A DNA stretch of 64,000 bases from a virus: IMG/VR virus record IMGVR_UViG_3300032163_000011, positions 5,416 through 69,415 of that record; one strand, 5' to 3'. The notes beneath the pieces were generated by a model. The model saw nothing but the letters and a program-made list of their open reading frames with translations. It ran no database searches and had not been told where the DNA came from. Of the stretch, positions 29,182 through 37,498 are shown piece after piece. How positions within the stretch are numbered: the stretch's first letter is position 1; each line of letters starts with the position of its first letter. The translations under genes and the position numbers were made by a program.

Positions 29182-29454
29182 CTAAAATTTCTTCTTCGTC
29201 AGGTTACCCGTGGGGGTCTGTTTAGCTTGCATCGGGCCTCTACCTGCCCCCGGTCCATGTGGTCCAGGACCCATGCCCTGTCCAGGAACATGGTTTGGCA
29301 AGCCCGTCTGAGGGGTGCTGGCGAAATCTTTGGCGCTCTTCTTGCTCATGCCCTTGGCTGCCTTGGCCACTTCCGGGCTGGCGGCCTTCTCGCCCGTCTG
29401 GGCGGCATGGACCATCCCCATGAACTGCTGCTGCGCTTTCGATTTTGCGGGCAT
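29182..29454 (-). CDS. DUF3008-like small basic protein
   Basis: MPAKSKAQQQFMGMVHAAQTGE...KDFASTPQTGLP. Confidence 0.7.
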   Translation of the reverse strand: MPAKSKAQQQFMGMVHAAQTGEKAASPEVAKAAKGMSKKSAKDFASTPQTGLPNHVPGQGMGPGPHGPGAGRGPMQAKQTPTGNLTKKKF

Positions 29455-29456
29455 CT

Positions 29457-29705
29457 TCATTTCTCCCATTGAATTTGGTCATAACCCCGACGATAGGCCT
29501 CGGAGGTATGCCGGGCACACGCCAGGTCGCCAGTCGGTCTCGGGGGTTCTCCAGACCAACCGTTCTCCGGGATGGCAAACCGACCATCCACGATGTTCCG
29601 GAAGCCCTCCCGGCCCACATTGTTGTTAGCCTCGTCCCGGCCCTCGAAGACCTGTACCTCTTTCCAGCCGGCAAAGCCGGAAGTTCTGTCGTCCATGCCC
29701 ATTAC
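29457..29705 (-). CDS. Small hypothetical protein
   Basis: 3' part of ORF 29457..29837 (MGMDDRTS...SEAYRRGYDQIQWEK), starting at the terL end. Confidence 0.5.
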   Translation of the reverse strand, partial: VMGMDDRTSGFAGWKEVQVFEGRDEANNNVGREGFRNIVDGRFAIPENGWSGEPPRPTGDLACARHTSEAYRRGYDQIQWEK

Positions 29706-31138
29706 CGCATCCCTCCCATTCCATAACTTCTGGCCCGGTTGAGGGCCTTGGCTGCCCGGGCCTGCGTTTTCCGTTTCGACACATAGGAAATTTTGGAAGG
29801 AAGAAGAACGCACACCGAACTGGCCCAGGCATCGCACGGATGGCTGGCCTCGTCTTTGTGAGGGACGCTACTGGTGCGCTTTCCTTGGTTGTTGAGGTGG
29901 TAGTGCCAGGAACCGGAGAGGCCCCGGTCCAGGATCCGGTTGTCGGCCGAGAGCAGGATCATGGGCTCACCCCGGGCGTCGGAATCCCGCAACACAGACC
30001 GGATGTGCCGCTCGATCATCGACCACTCTCGGGGGCCCGGCTCAAAAAAAGCACCAGGGAAGAACTTCTCGACCTCCCTGGCCGCGCTCTTCAGCTTGTT
30101 AGACTGGTCCATGTTCTTCATAGTGGGATCACCACCGATCCGCCAAGCCTTGGCCTTGCCCTTCCACCGCGGACTTTCCAGGAGGGGGATGACCTGCAAT
30201 TCCATGAGGGTGATGATGTCGGAACCGGAGAGTCGGACGGTATCCAGGAAGATGAGGCGGTTCATGTTGGTAATCTGGCCCAGGACACAGCTTGGGTTTG
30301 ACCAAGAATCGAAGAAGGCGAAGGACACCAGGCCCGGGGCCGGGATCAAGCGGTTGGGGGAGAGGTGGCGCTGCTGATTGTAGCCCGGCGTGACCGGGGC
30401 GCCCGGGTCGATTTTGGCAAACTTGCCCAGGACATAACGGTCGTAAGAGGCCTTGTCGTTCTCGTACATCTTCATGGCGGCCTGGCGGGACTCGTCCTTG
30501 AGGTGAAAGTTCTCGCCATAGGGCACATGCCAAACCTTTTTCCGGATGAGGGGGTATCTGGCGTCGATGTCGGGTTCTTCGATGAAACGCCGGTAGGTCC
30601 AATGGTCTTCATCGGCCGGGTTCATATCCACCAGCAGCCGGCCCGGGGTTCCGGTGTGTCTGACGCATCGGATAACCGAGTTGTTGTAAACATCTTCTGA
30701 GAGCCCGGCGTTCACCCTGTCGGCGGTGGCCATGGGGGCGGGCTCGTTGAGCCAGATCAGGGACCAGGCCGAGGAGCCCTGTAATTTTCCCAAACTGGCC
30801 GAGTCGTCCAGGCCGAAGAGATCCACCTGAATCCGCAGGCCATTGACGTTGATGGTCAGTTCCTTAAATTCGTTCTTGAAAGCGATGGCCTGGGGACAGT
30901 CTTGAAAGAACTCTTGGAAAGAAGGGACGATACTCAGTTTGATGTTTTCCAGGGTATCTCGAATAATGGCAGCCCGGATAGGCTGACCACAACGCTTCGC
31001 ATGGCTTAATAAAGCACCAATACAACCAAAGGTCTTACCCTCCCCTAATGAAGCGATAAGAATAGTGATGGTTTCGTGCGAGTCGATGAAGTTTTTTACC
31101 GTTGGAGAGAAGACAATTTTCCGCTCGGTGCTACCCAT
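29702..31138 (-). CDS. terL: Terminase large subunit
   Basis: Walker A ASLGEGKT, Walker B LIWLNE, DMNP coupling motif, nuclease motif SHPCDA. Confidence 0.85.
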   Translation of the reverse strand: MGSTERKIVFSPTVKNFIDSHETITILIASLGEGKTFGCIGALLSHAKRCGQPIRAAIIRDTLENIKLSIVPSFQEFFQDCPQAIAFKNEFKELTINVNGLRIQVDLFGLDDSASLGKLQGSSAWSLIWLNEPAPMATADRVNAGLSEDVYNNSVIRCVRHTGTPGRLLVDMNPADEDHWTYRRFIEEPDIDARYPLIRKKVWHVPYGENFHLKDESRQAAMKMYENDKASYDRYVLGKFAKIDPGAPVTPGYNQQRHLSPNRLIPAPGLVSFAFFDSWSNPSCVLGQITNMNRLIFLDTVRLSGSDIITLMELQVIPLLESPRWKGKAKAWRIGGDPTMKNMDQSNKLKSAAREVEKFFPGAFFEPGPREWSMIERHIRSVLRDSDARGEPMILLSADNRILDRGLSGSWHYHLNNQGKRTSSVPHKDEASHPCDAWASSVCVLLPSKISYVSKRKTQARAAKALNRARSYGMGGMR

Positions 31139-31250
31139 GCCTTCTTTGTTACCCTCAAAAATAAAAAAAGAAAGGGCCAACTTCGCCCTTGATTAATTTT
31201 ATTATCCATACTATTTGTGTTGAAATTATACGGTAGGGGGTTTATTTCCT

Positions 31251-31445
31251 ATGAAAAAGCTAAATGTGCGGGGACCGGGGAAGTTGAAGCAAACAACGGT
31301 GATGAAAGTGCGTAATTTCGGGGGATCGTTCTATATTTGCCTGCCAAAATACTTTTGCGATCAAACCAATATCAAGGCTGGCGATCCAATGGTATTAATT
31401 TTTGGGGAGAGTTTACGAATAACGCCAGTGAATAAGGGGGAATAG
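31251..31445 (+). CDS. AbrB/MazE/SpoVT-family DNA-binding protein
   Basis: KVRNFGGSFYICLPK...NIKAGD...LRITP; lone plus-strand gene in an AT-rich spacer. Confidence 0.8.
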   Translation: MKKLNVRGPGKLKQTTVMKVRNFGGSFYICLPKYFCDQTNIKAGDPMVLIFGESLRITPVNKGE

Positions 31446-31446
31446 A

Positions 31447-31659
31447 CTATTTTGCTACTACCAGCCACTCCCCGAAAAGAAGCAACGGAGCCGGGATGCG
31501 GGCTGGAATACCCGGGCTCCATTGCCAGCATGGTTTCTCGTTTTCGACAAAAATAATCCCGTTGTCTGATCCGATCAGTGCCCCTACCGGCACCGCCATC
31601 AGGGCAGGATCGTCCTGAATAATTTTCATGGCTTCAAGGAAGTTCATCTTCATTTTCAT
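31447..31659 (-). CDS. Small hypothetical protein
   Basis: 70 aa, MNFLEAMK start. Confidence 0.5.
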   Translation of the reverse strand: MKMKMNFLEAMKIIQDDPALMAVPVGALIGSDNGIIFVENEKPCWQWSPGIPARIPAPLLLFGEWLVVAK

Positions 31660-31930
31660 TTTCCAAAGTAGCTACATATAAACCACGGTTCGGATCAAAC
31701 CTCGGACCATGCCGGGAACATAGCGAATGAAAGAGGGTGGAAAGAACAGCGATGAAGTACCCCACCACCTGTTTTCTCCCGGAGAAAACAACGAAAGTCT
31801 CGCCAGCATCGGTGCGGGTGAGATTGACATCGACGGAATCTGGCACCCGAATAGCATATAGGTGATTCGTACCGAGTCTGTGGCTTGCATCCGGGTCAAA
31901 AAGAATCTCGAACTCATTGTAGTTGGGCAT
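31634..31930 (-). CDS. Hypothetical protein
   Basis: 98 aa, ATG start. Confidence 0.5.
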   Translation of the reverse strand: MPNYNEFEILFDPDASHRLGTNHLYAIRVPDSVDVNLTRTDAGETFVVFSGRKQVVGYFIAVLSTLFHSLCSRHGPRFDPNRGLYVATLENENEDELP

Positions 31931-32229
31931 GGTAGATTTCTTCCTGGGAGAAGGAGATGGATTTAATCATCATTAGCTTTATTGTTTATAAAGTGGCGGG
32001 CCCTTGGTATTTCCCCTAATTACCGTTCTTCGCTGCATTACAGCGGTCCCTCCGGCAAAGAAGTTGAATGGAAAATCGCGGGCCCATAATTATTAGTTCC
32101 AGCAGCCCCACACCCCGTCAATTCCGGTGAGCAGCACCATAAGGTCCTGGCATTGCTTCCAGAAGACGTAACTTCCCATAAACCAGACAATCGGTTCTTT
32201 AGGAGGCCACATTCTATATTCGTTCAAGA

Positions 32230-32436
32230 TCATTCGTTCCGAGCTATGGACGCGTTGGCCCACATCACCGACTCTTCAATCTTGGTCAGGGCCAGGGACC
32301 GCTCCCGGGACTCAGGACAGAAATCCATAACCATCTGGGCCAGACTCCTGGCCTTGCTCCGCAATTCCTCATAGCGGCGCTGTTGGTCTCCCTTGGGGGC
32401 ATGGTAGGTGAAATTGTTCTCCAGGCTGTAGGGCAT
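32230..32436 (-). CDS. Acb2/Tad1-like helical-hairpin protein (candidate anti-defence signal sponge)
   Basis: FTYHAP...CPESRERSLALTKIEESVMWANASIARN. Confidence 0.7.
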   Translation of the reverse strand: MPYSLENNFTYHAPKGDQQRRYEELRSKARSLAQMVMDFCPESRERSLALTKIEESVMWANASIARNE

Positions 32437-32440
32437 TGAA

Positions 32441-32662
32441 TTACTCCTCCTTGGTGGTGGGGTACTGGTTCTTGATCTTGGTCAGGAAGAACTTGCCGGC
32501 CGAGATCCCGTACAAGAGTTCCTCATAGACCTCGTGGGGCACATTTTCGTACCGGTAAAGCCCGCCTTTTAGGAACTTTATGAACAGTATTTTGTTCATG
32601 GGATCGTAACCGACACTATGGAGAAGAGTTGAATCGACAAGATTCATCGGGCAGGTTGACAT
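32441..32662 (-). CDS. KTSC-domain protein
   Basis: VDSTLLHSVGYDP...LYRYENVPHEVYEELL...SAGKFF...IK. Confidence 0.85.
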   Translation of the reverse strand: MSTCPMNLVDSTLLHSVGYDPMNKILFIKFLKGGLYRYENVPHEVYEELLYGISAGKFFLTKIKNQYPTTKEE

Positions 32663-32826
32663 GACTTTTCCTCCTTCGGGTTGTGGATCGGGCAGCCGGC
32701 CGTGATCACGAACATCTCGTAATCGCAGTTGATCCCCCGGCCCCAATGGTTGTCAATAATGGAGCACAAGCAGCCCATATCTCGGGCCTCTTCGCTCCCA
32801 GGGTAAGGCATTGGGTATTCTTTCAT
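32644..32826 (-). CDS. Small Cys/His protein
   Basis: PYPGSEEARDMGCLCSIIDNHWGRG...CPIH. Confidence 0.6.
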   Translation of the reverse strand: MKEYPMPYPGSEEARDMGCLCSIIDNHWGRGINCDYEMFVITAGCPIHNPKEEKSCQPAR

Positions 32827-32983
32827 TTGATAATCCCTTCCTGGACGAGGAATGTTCGGCCCACGCGATGTAACTCCTCATCGAAGAGCCCCTTGATCAG
32901 GAGACTGAGACGGCGCCATTGGTCCGGCCTAATCCGGTAGAGCCGGCCATCGCAGTAAATGACGGCTGGCTTAGAGAATTTGC

Positions 32984-33385
32984 TCATGGCCGTACCAAAG
33001 TCTTCCCACTATTCTGCGGTATGGTCACCAATGCCCGGAGGTCCTGGAGGTGGGCCTCCTTCGCTTCCAGGAGACCCTTGAGTTTGGCTGCGCCTTCGCT
33101 CTTTATCCCGATGGACTCCGCGGAGTTGAGGAAGGCCTGAAAGAATTGCTCTAACTCTCCCCTCGAATTGGTTTCAAAGGTGGCCTTTTGAATAAGCTCG
33201 TAGTCTCCCAACTCCCGGAAGACCAGCGGTTCGGCTATAAAGGTTTTGCCATCCCGGATAAGCATTATTACCAAGCGGTGATGGCGCCCAAAGAACTCTT
33301 CTAAACTTAGCCTGATCTCGTACATCACCACCTCCATCCCGTAAGGCTCATCTGTAAGATCCCGGCGTGGACCTGCCGGAGGCAC
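32984..33385 (-). CDS. Hypothetical protein
   Basis: 133-aa ORF; probable start at 33325 after GGAGG. Confidence 0.55.
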   Translation of the reverse strand: MPPAGPRRDLTDEPYGMEVVMYEIRLSLEEFFGRHHRLVIMLIRDGKTFIAEPLVFRELGDYELIQKATFETNSRGELEQFFQAFLNSAESIGIKSEGAAKLKGLLEAKEAHLQDLRALVTIPQNSGKTLVRP

Positions 33386-33536
33386 CGGCCATTCTCCCGG
33401 TCACGGTTGAACTTGCCCCCGTAGCTGCGCTTGATCTTGATGGCCTTGGGTCCCCGGGTAAATAGTCTCATCAGGGAGGCCGTCCACCGCGCTGCGTCCG
33501 AGTAAAACCTCTGTCCTTTTCTCATCGGTTCTCCTC

Positions 33537-33998
33537 TTACTCAAACACCCTGGCCATCCGGTTCTGCTTCTCCAAATACTTTATGCGCCTATAGTACCGC
33601 TCGAATTGGGCCGGACCATCCCCCGTGTTATATTTCCTGAGCGCGGCCCGTAGGCTACCTTCCCTTCGGAGGTGACCCGCCAGAGCCTTGATCCCGCCCT
33701 CGGCGTTGCCGCCAGGCGTGTTGGCCCGGGGCACTTTGCAGCCGACATAGATACCAAAGGGTAGCCAGTAGTTACCATGTCGGCCGAACCGGAAGCGGAC
33801 CTGCTTGTTGCTGCCTTCGGCCTCGGCCAGCGCCAGGGACAGATTAGGGTCAACGTGATAAGCCATCGAATACGCCTTTACCAAGATCATCCACTCCGGC
33901 ACGGTCATTCCTTGCGGCTGGCTGGAGGCCAGAGTGGGGTTGAAGGTTAATGTCAAGGACAGCCATAGGGCTGCTGCCGGTAAAGATAACGGTGTCAC
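33537..33998 (-). CDS. Secreted lytic-transglycosylase-like protein
   Basis: Signal-peptide-like N-terminus; YHVDPNLSLALAEAEGS, NAEGGIKAL, AALRKYNTG. Confidence 0.65.
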   Translation of the reverse strand: MTPLSLPAAALWLSLTLTFNPTLASSQPQGMTVPEWMILVKAYSMAYHVDPNLSLALAEAEGSNKQVRFRFGRHGNYWLPFGIYVGCKVPRANTPGGNAEGGIKALAGHLRREGSLRAALRKYNTGDGPAQFERYYRRIKYLEKQNRMARVFE

Positions 33999-34061
33999 TC
34001 AGGCATTTTGCAGGGTGCCAGCCCTTTACTGCGGTTAAAGTTCATCATGTTGTCCTCCACC

Positions 34062-34244
34062 TTAAAACAATCCTTGGTTCACTGCCTTCACCCGGGCCTC
34101 AGCGACGGGGATGCAGTCGCCGTCGTTGTCCAGGCCCACCGCCCGGCGCCCCATGGCCTTCACCGCCACCAGGGTCGTCCCGGAACCCATGAACGGATCC
34201 AGGATGATGTCCCCCGGCCGGGAGCCGATGGCGATCTGACTCAT
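34062..34244 (-). pseudogene. C-terminal remnant of an N4/N6 DNA methyltransferase
   Basis: SRPGDIILDPFMGSGTTLVA...GRRAVGLD only; in-frame stop just upstream and no catalytic DPPY part. Confidence 0.7.
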
Positions 34245-34924
34245 CTAAGAACCACCACCGGCACCGTCGTCCTAACCCGTTGCGCCTGCCGTGCATCATT
34301 CCAAGCTACCCCGATGCCCAGGGCGCAGAGGAGGAAGAAGGCGATGAGAAGGCCGATCAGATAATTCATATCTTGTTCCTCCAGGTCTTCTCTGGCTTCC
34401 AACCCTCCGGATATTCCAGATCCAGCGCCGGCATCGGCTTCCCCGTCATCATGTCGATCCGGTCAGCCTGGAAGGCGCATGTCTCCTGGATCGGCGGATC
34501 TTCCCCGATGTCGCAGGTCCCGTCTTCGTTCGCCCAGAAGCAACGGCAGGATTTACTCACCAGGAGCCTCTTGTCCCCAGAGCAGGTGGTCGTCGAAATG
34601 TTTTTGAAAAATGGCGATGGCCGGCACAGAGGCAGGAAAAACTTTATGGTGCCAACCCTGGACACCCAGCGGGCAGTCCCCCACCGCGTCGATCAGGACA
34701 TAACAATGGGTCAGTTCGTCCTCGATCACGAATCGCACTTCCTTGATGATGCTTGAGCATTTTCCCATGTCATTTACTCCTCCCCGGGTCCTTGTGGACC
34801 CCAGCCTCTTTGCACTCGTAATGGTTGTTGACCGGCACCCCCTCCAAGCATGTATCCCGGCAAGGCGTTCGCCCTGTCGATTCTTTCATGCGCCTCCCGG
34901 AGGGATTTCAGAAAGTCGGGCTGG

Positions 34925-36031
34925 TCAGCCATCGTGGTCTCGCATGAAAGCCTTGATAAATTCCGCCCCTACTTCCGGCGAGATGGCATTACCCGCGGCG
35001 CGCAGTCGTCCCACTCTTGCGGGAACCCTAACAGCCAAAGGGGAAAGGCCGGGTTTAGTTGGCCTGAACTTCCCGTCCCGGCAGGGGAGCCATTCGCAGG
35101 AGGACCAGAAATTTGAGCCGCTTCGTTGATTGAGAATTGTTTCTTGCTGCCGCTCGGCCTCTTTCTCGCCAAGGGATCGCTGCTGGTCCTGCCCCCGCTG
35201 CCCGAGTGCATGTCCGGTGTCAGCCACGGCGCACACTCCGCCATTTTCCTCCGGTACTGCCCCGAACTCTGGCCGTGGCTGGCTTCCGAGGTTGGCGCAC
35301 TCATCGGCGTCGGCCAAGGCGCTATGCTCCTGGCGATCTGGTCCATCCCCATCTCGTGCTTCCGGTCTCCGCCCCGGCTCCTGAAGTTGTCCACTTGCGG
35401 TGTCGGCCACGAGGCCAGTTGGGCTTGCTCCCCGAGGTAAATTGGAACCGTGTTCTGGTTCGCATTTCGCTTCCGGAAGGCCGCACATTTCTCCATCGTT
35501 GCTTCGTCCCTTACCCGATCTACCGAAGTTGGCGTGGCCCACGAACCACAATCGCTGCCTGATGTGGAACGCACCGACGCCCGCAGCGCACAAATCAGCC
35601 GCCCCAACGGCGTAACCCTCACCCTCCAAGTCATCCGAAACAAGGTCAAGCCACTCAAGGGCAGCCTTGCTCGCAACCTGTTCTCCAAAGATGACTGGAG
35701 GCCGGCAGACCCGGATGAGGTGAAACCAGTACGGCCATAGGTGCCGCTCGTCAGCAAACCCCGCTCCCCGGCCTGCCGTGCTGAAAGATTGGCAAGGGCA
35801 GGATCCGGTCCAGACGGCTTGGCCATCAGGCCACCCGGCGAGGCGTAGGGCGTAAGGCCACCCCCCAATCCCGGCAAAGAAATGACATTGGCTGTATCCC
35901 ATAAGCTCGGCTGGCGTGACATCCCTCACATCCCTCTCGTCCACTTCGCCCGGCGGAATATGACCCGCCTTAATCAGCTTCCTCAGCCACTTCGCACAGA
36001 ACGGGTCGATCTCGTTGTAGTAGGTCGTCAT
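34925..36031 (-). CDS. C5-cytosine DNA methyltransferase, main chain (permuted motif order)
   Basis: YYNEIDP precedes FFAGIGG; GSCPCQSFS, GEQV, HIRQRLWFVG; C-terminal RLRAAGNAI (motif X). Confidence 0.88.
   Translation of the reverse strand: MTTYYNEIDPFCAKWLRKLIKAGHIPPGEVDERDVRDVTPAELMGYSQCHFFAGIGGWPYALRLAGWPDGQAVWTGSCPCQSFSTAGRGAGFADERHLWPYWFHLIRVCRPPVIFGEQVASKAALEWLDLVSDDLEGEGYAVGAADLCAAGVGAFHIRQRLWFVGHANFGRSGKGRSNDGEMCGLPEAKCEPEHGSNLPRGASPTGLVADTASGQLQEPGRRPEARDGDGPDRQEHSALADADECANLGSQPRPEFGAVPEENGGVCAVADTGHALGQRGQDQQRSLGEKEAERQQETILNQRSGSNFWSSCEWLPCRDGKFRPTKPGLSPLAVRVPARVGRLRAAGNAISPEVGAEFIKAFMRDHDG
34969..35922 (-). CDS. Overlapping alternative-frame methyltransferase partner chain (true start uncertain)
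   Basis: Nested in the MTase ORF; four W(P/A/L)TP repeats and GQLNPAFPLWLLGFPQEW (motif IX-like). Confidence 0.65.
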   Translation of the reverse strand: MSRQPSLWDTANVISLPGLGGGLTPYASPGGLMAKPSGPDPALANLSARQAGERGLLTSGTYGRTGFTSSGSAGLQSSLENRLRARLPLSGLTLFRMTWRVRVTPLGRLICALRASVRSTSGSDCGSWATPTSVDRVRDEATMEKCAAFRKRNANQNTVPIYLGEQAQLASWPTPQVDNFRSRGGDRKHEMGMDQIARSIAPWPTPMSAPTSEASHGQSSGQYRRKMAECAPWLTPDMHSGSGGRTSSDPLARKRPSGSKKQFSINEAAQISGPPANGSPAGTGSSGQLNPAFPLWLLGFPQEWDDCAPRVMPSRRK

Positions 36032-36588
36032 CTATTTTTCATAAATGCCTTGTACCGGGCCGGGTTGCACCACCGCCGTACCAGCGCCCGCCACTCTTTT
36101 GTCTCTCCACAGCCGAATAATTCCTCCCTTCCCGGTGCCGCCGCACCCCCACAGCCTCAACCTTCCCCCTAATCTTCCACACTCCCACCATCCTGTCAAG
36201 TCTTTATGTCATCCCGACAGATATTTTGTGAAAAAATTATTGGGATTTCACAATCAAGGGGGGCCTCCCCTCAATGAACACCCCCCTTCCCCGGCGAATT
36301 TTTTACTATTTTCCTCGCATTTTATTCCAAATATTATTCCAGAATTATTCCTCAATACCGCCGCACCCCCATGGTTGTCACTCTTTAGAGGATGTGTCTC
36401 TTTGTCATATAAGTTTTTGGAGAAAAATGTCGGTGGGACTCATTGAATAACATAGGGGGGCCGGTACTCGGTCCCCGGGTTCGGGCTCGGGCCGGGCTGG
36501 ATGTTGGCAGGGTGGATCGCCAGGCCGGAGCGCCGAGACCGCCTGACCACGGCTTGAGGGATGATGGTAGGGGCTCTTGATAGGGTTA

Positions 36589-36683
36589 GTGGATACTTAA
36601 TCCATTAGTCGGTAATAAATAGAATAGTCTTATCAAGTAGATGGCATGGCGTCGAAGCGCTGCGAGTAGGTCGGCGAGTAGGT
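36589..36683 (+). other. Second att-like site (core plus arm tandem) for the phage integrase
   Basis: GTGGA-TACTTAA-TCCAT versus attP GTGGC-CTACGAA-TCCAT; GCGAGTAGGTCGGCGAGTAGGT at 36662-36683 is identical to 58383-58404. Confidence 0.65.
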
Positions 36684-36691
36684 CGGCTCCT

Positions 36692-37396
36692 CTAATCCCT
36701 TATCATGGCAGGCGCCGGAAGCATGGCTTGAGGCTGCGCCAACTTGCCGGGCTCCTTGATCTCCCCAGTTTCCTCCTCCCCCTGGCCGGTGATGATGAGC
36801 GTGATTCCCCCGGCACCCTCTATCACCTCACGCTGCAAACCGAGGCACTTTGCCGCCAGGCCGTAAGCGTCTGTCAATTCCTTGGTGGTCCTTGCCTTTT
36901 GACACGCTTTAAGAATGCCTTTAGCAACTGCAATTTCCCCCAAACCCACAGCACGAAAGATTTTCCGGTGATCTTCCGCCTGCTCCTCATATTTTTGGAG
37001 TATTTTCTTCGCTAATAGATATTTGTAAGTATTCGTTCCTACCTGATAACCACTCATCGACATAGCCTTGATGATACGAAATTGCATAACAAGGTGATAT
37101 TCCAGGAATTTTAGCTCTTGAGGAGTCATTTTAGATTTGGTATCATAAATATCTAATATATCTCTATTTATACCATTCCCTTTATTATATATATTATATA
37201 GATTAGAGTTTGCATCCTTAGAAGTTGGCTTAGTGGCTGTGGCTGTGGATTTGGGGCGTCCTGGGGGGCGTTTGGGTTTTGAGGTGGCCGGTTTGGGTTT
37301 AGGTGGTCTGCCTACTGGCCGTTTTTGGGAAGCTGCGAAAAAGTCAATTTCGGTCTCTTTAATCTCTTCGGTGTCGGTTTTGGTTTGGTTGTCCAT
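36692..37396 (-). CDS. terS: Terminase small subunit
   Basis: MTPQELKFLEYH...AMSMSGY...LLAKK TerS-type helix-turn-helix; N-terminal AT-hook-like GRPPK and GRPK. Confidence 0.6.
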   Translation of the reverse strand: MDNQTKTDTEEIKETEIDFFAASQKRPVGRPPKPKPATSKPKRPPGRPKSTATATKPTSKDANSNLYNIYNKGNGINRDILDIYDTKSKMTPQELKFLEYHLVMQFRIIKAMSMSGYQVGTNTYKYLLAKKILQKYEEQAEDHRKIFRAVGLGEIAVAKGILKACQKARTTKELTDAYGLAAKCLGLQREVIEGAGGITLIITGQGEEETGEIKEPGKLAQPQAMLPAPAMIRD

Positions 37397-37498
37397 TATA
37401 ATATCTCTCCCATGTATATATATATTATATATAGGGTTTGGTCAGTTTCCCGGTTTCGGCCATAAACCGAGGCTCTGAGACTGGCCAGGTTGAGCGAT

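Noticed and set aside
36584-36610. Host XerCD dif site
   Set aside because: No TTATGTTAAAT-like XerD arm; the 7-bp spacer and flanks match the phage attP instead
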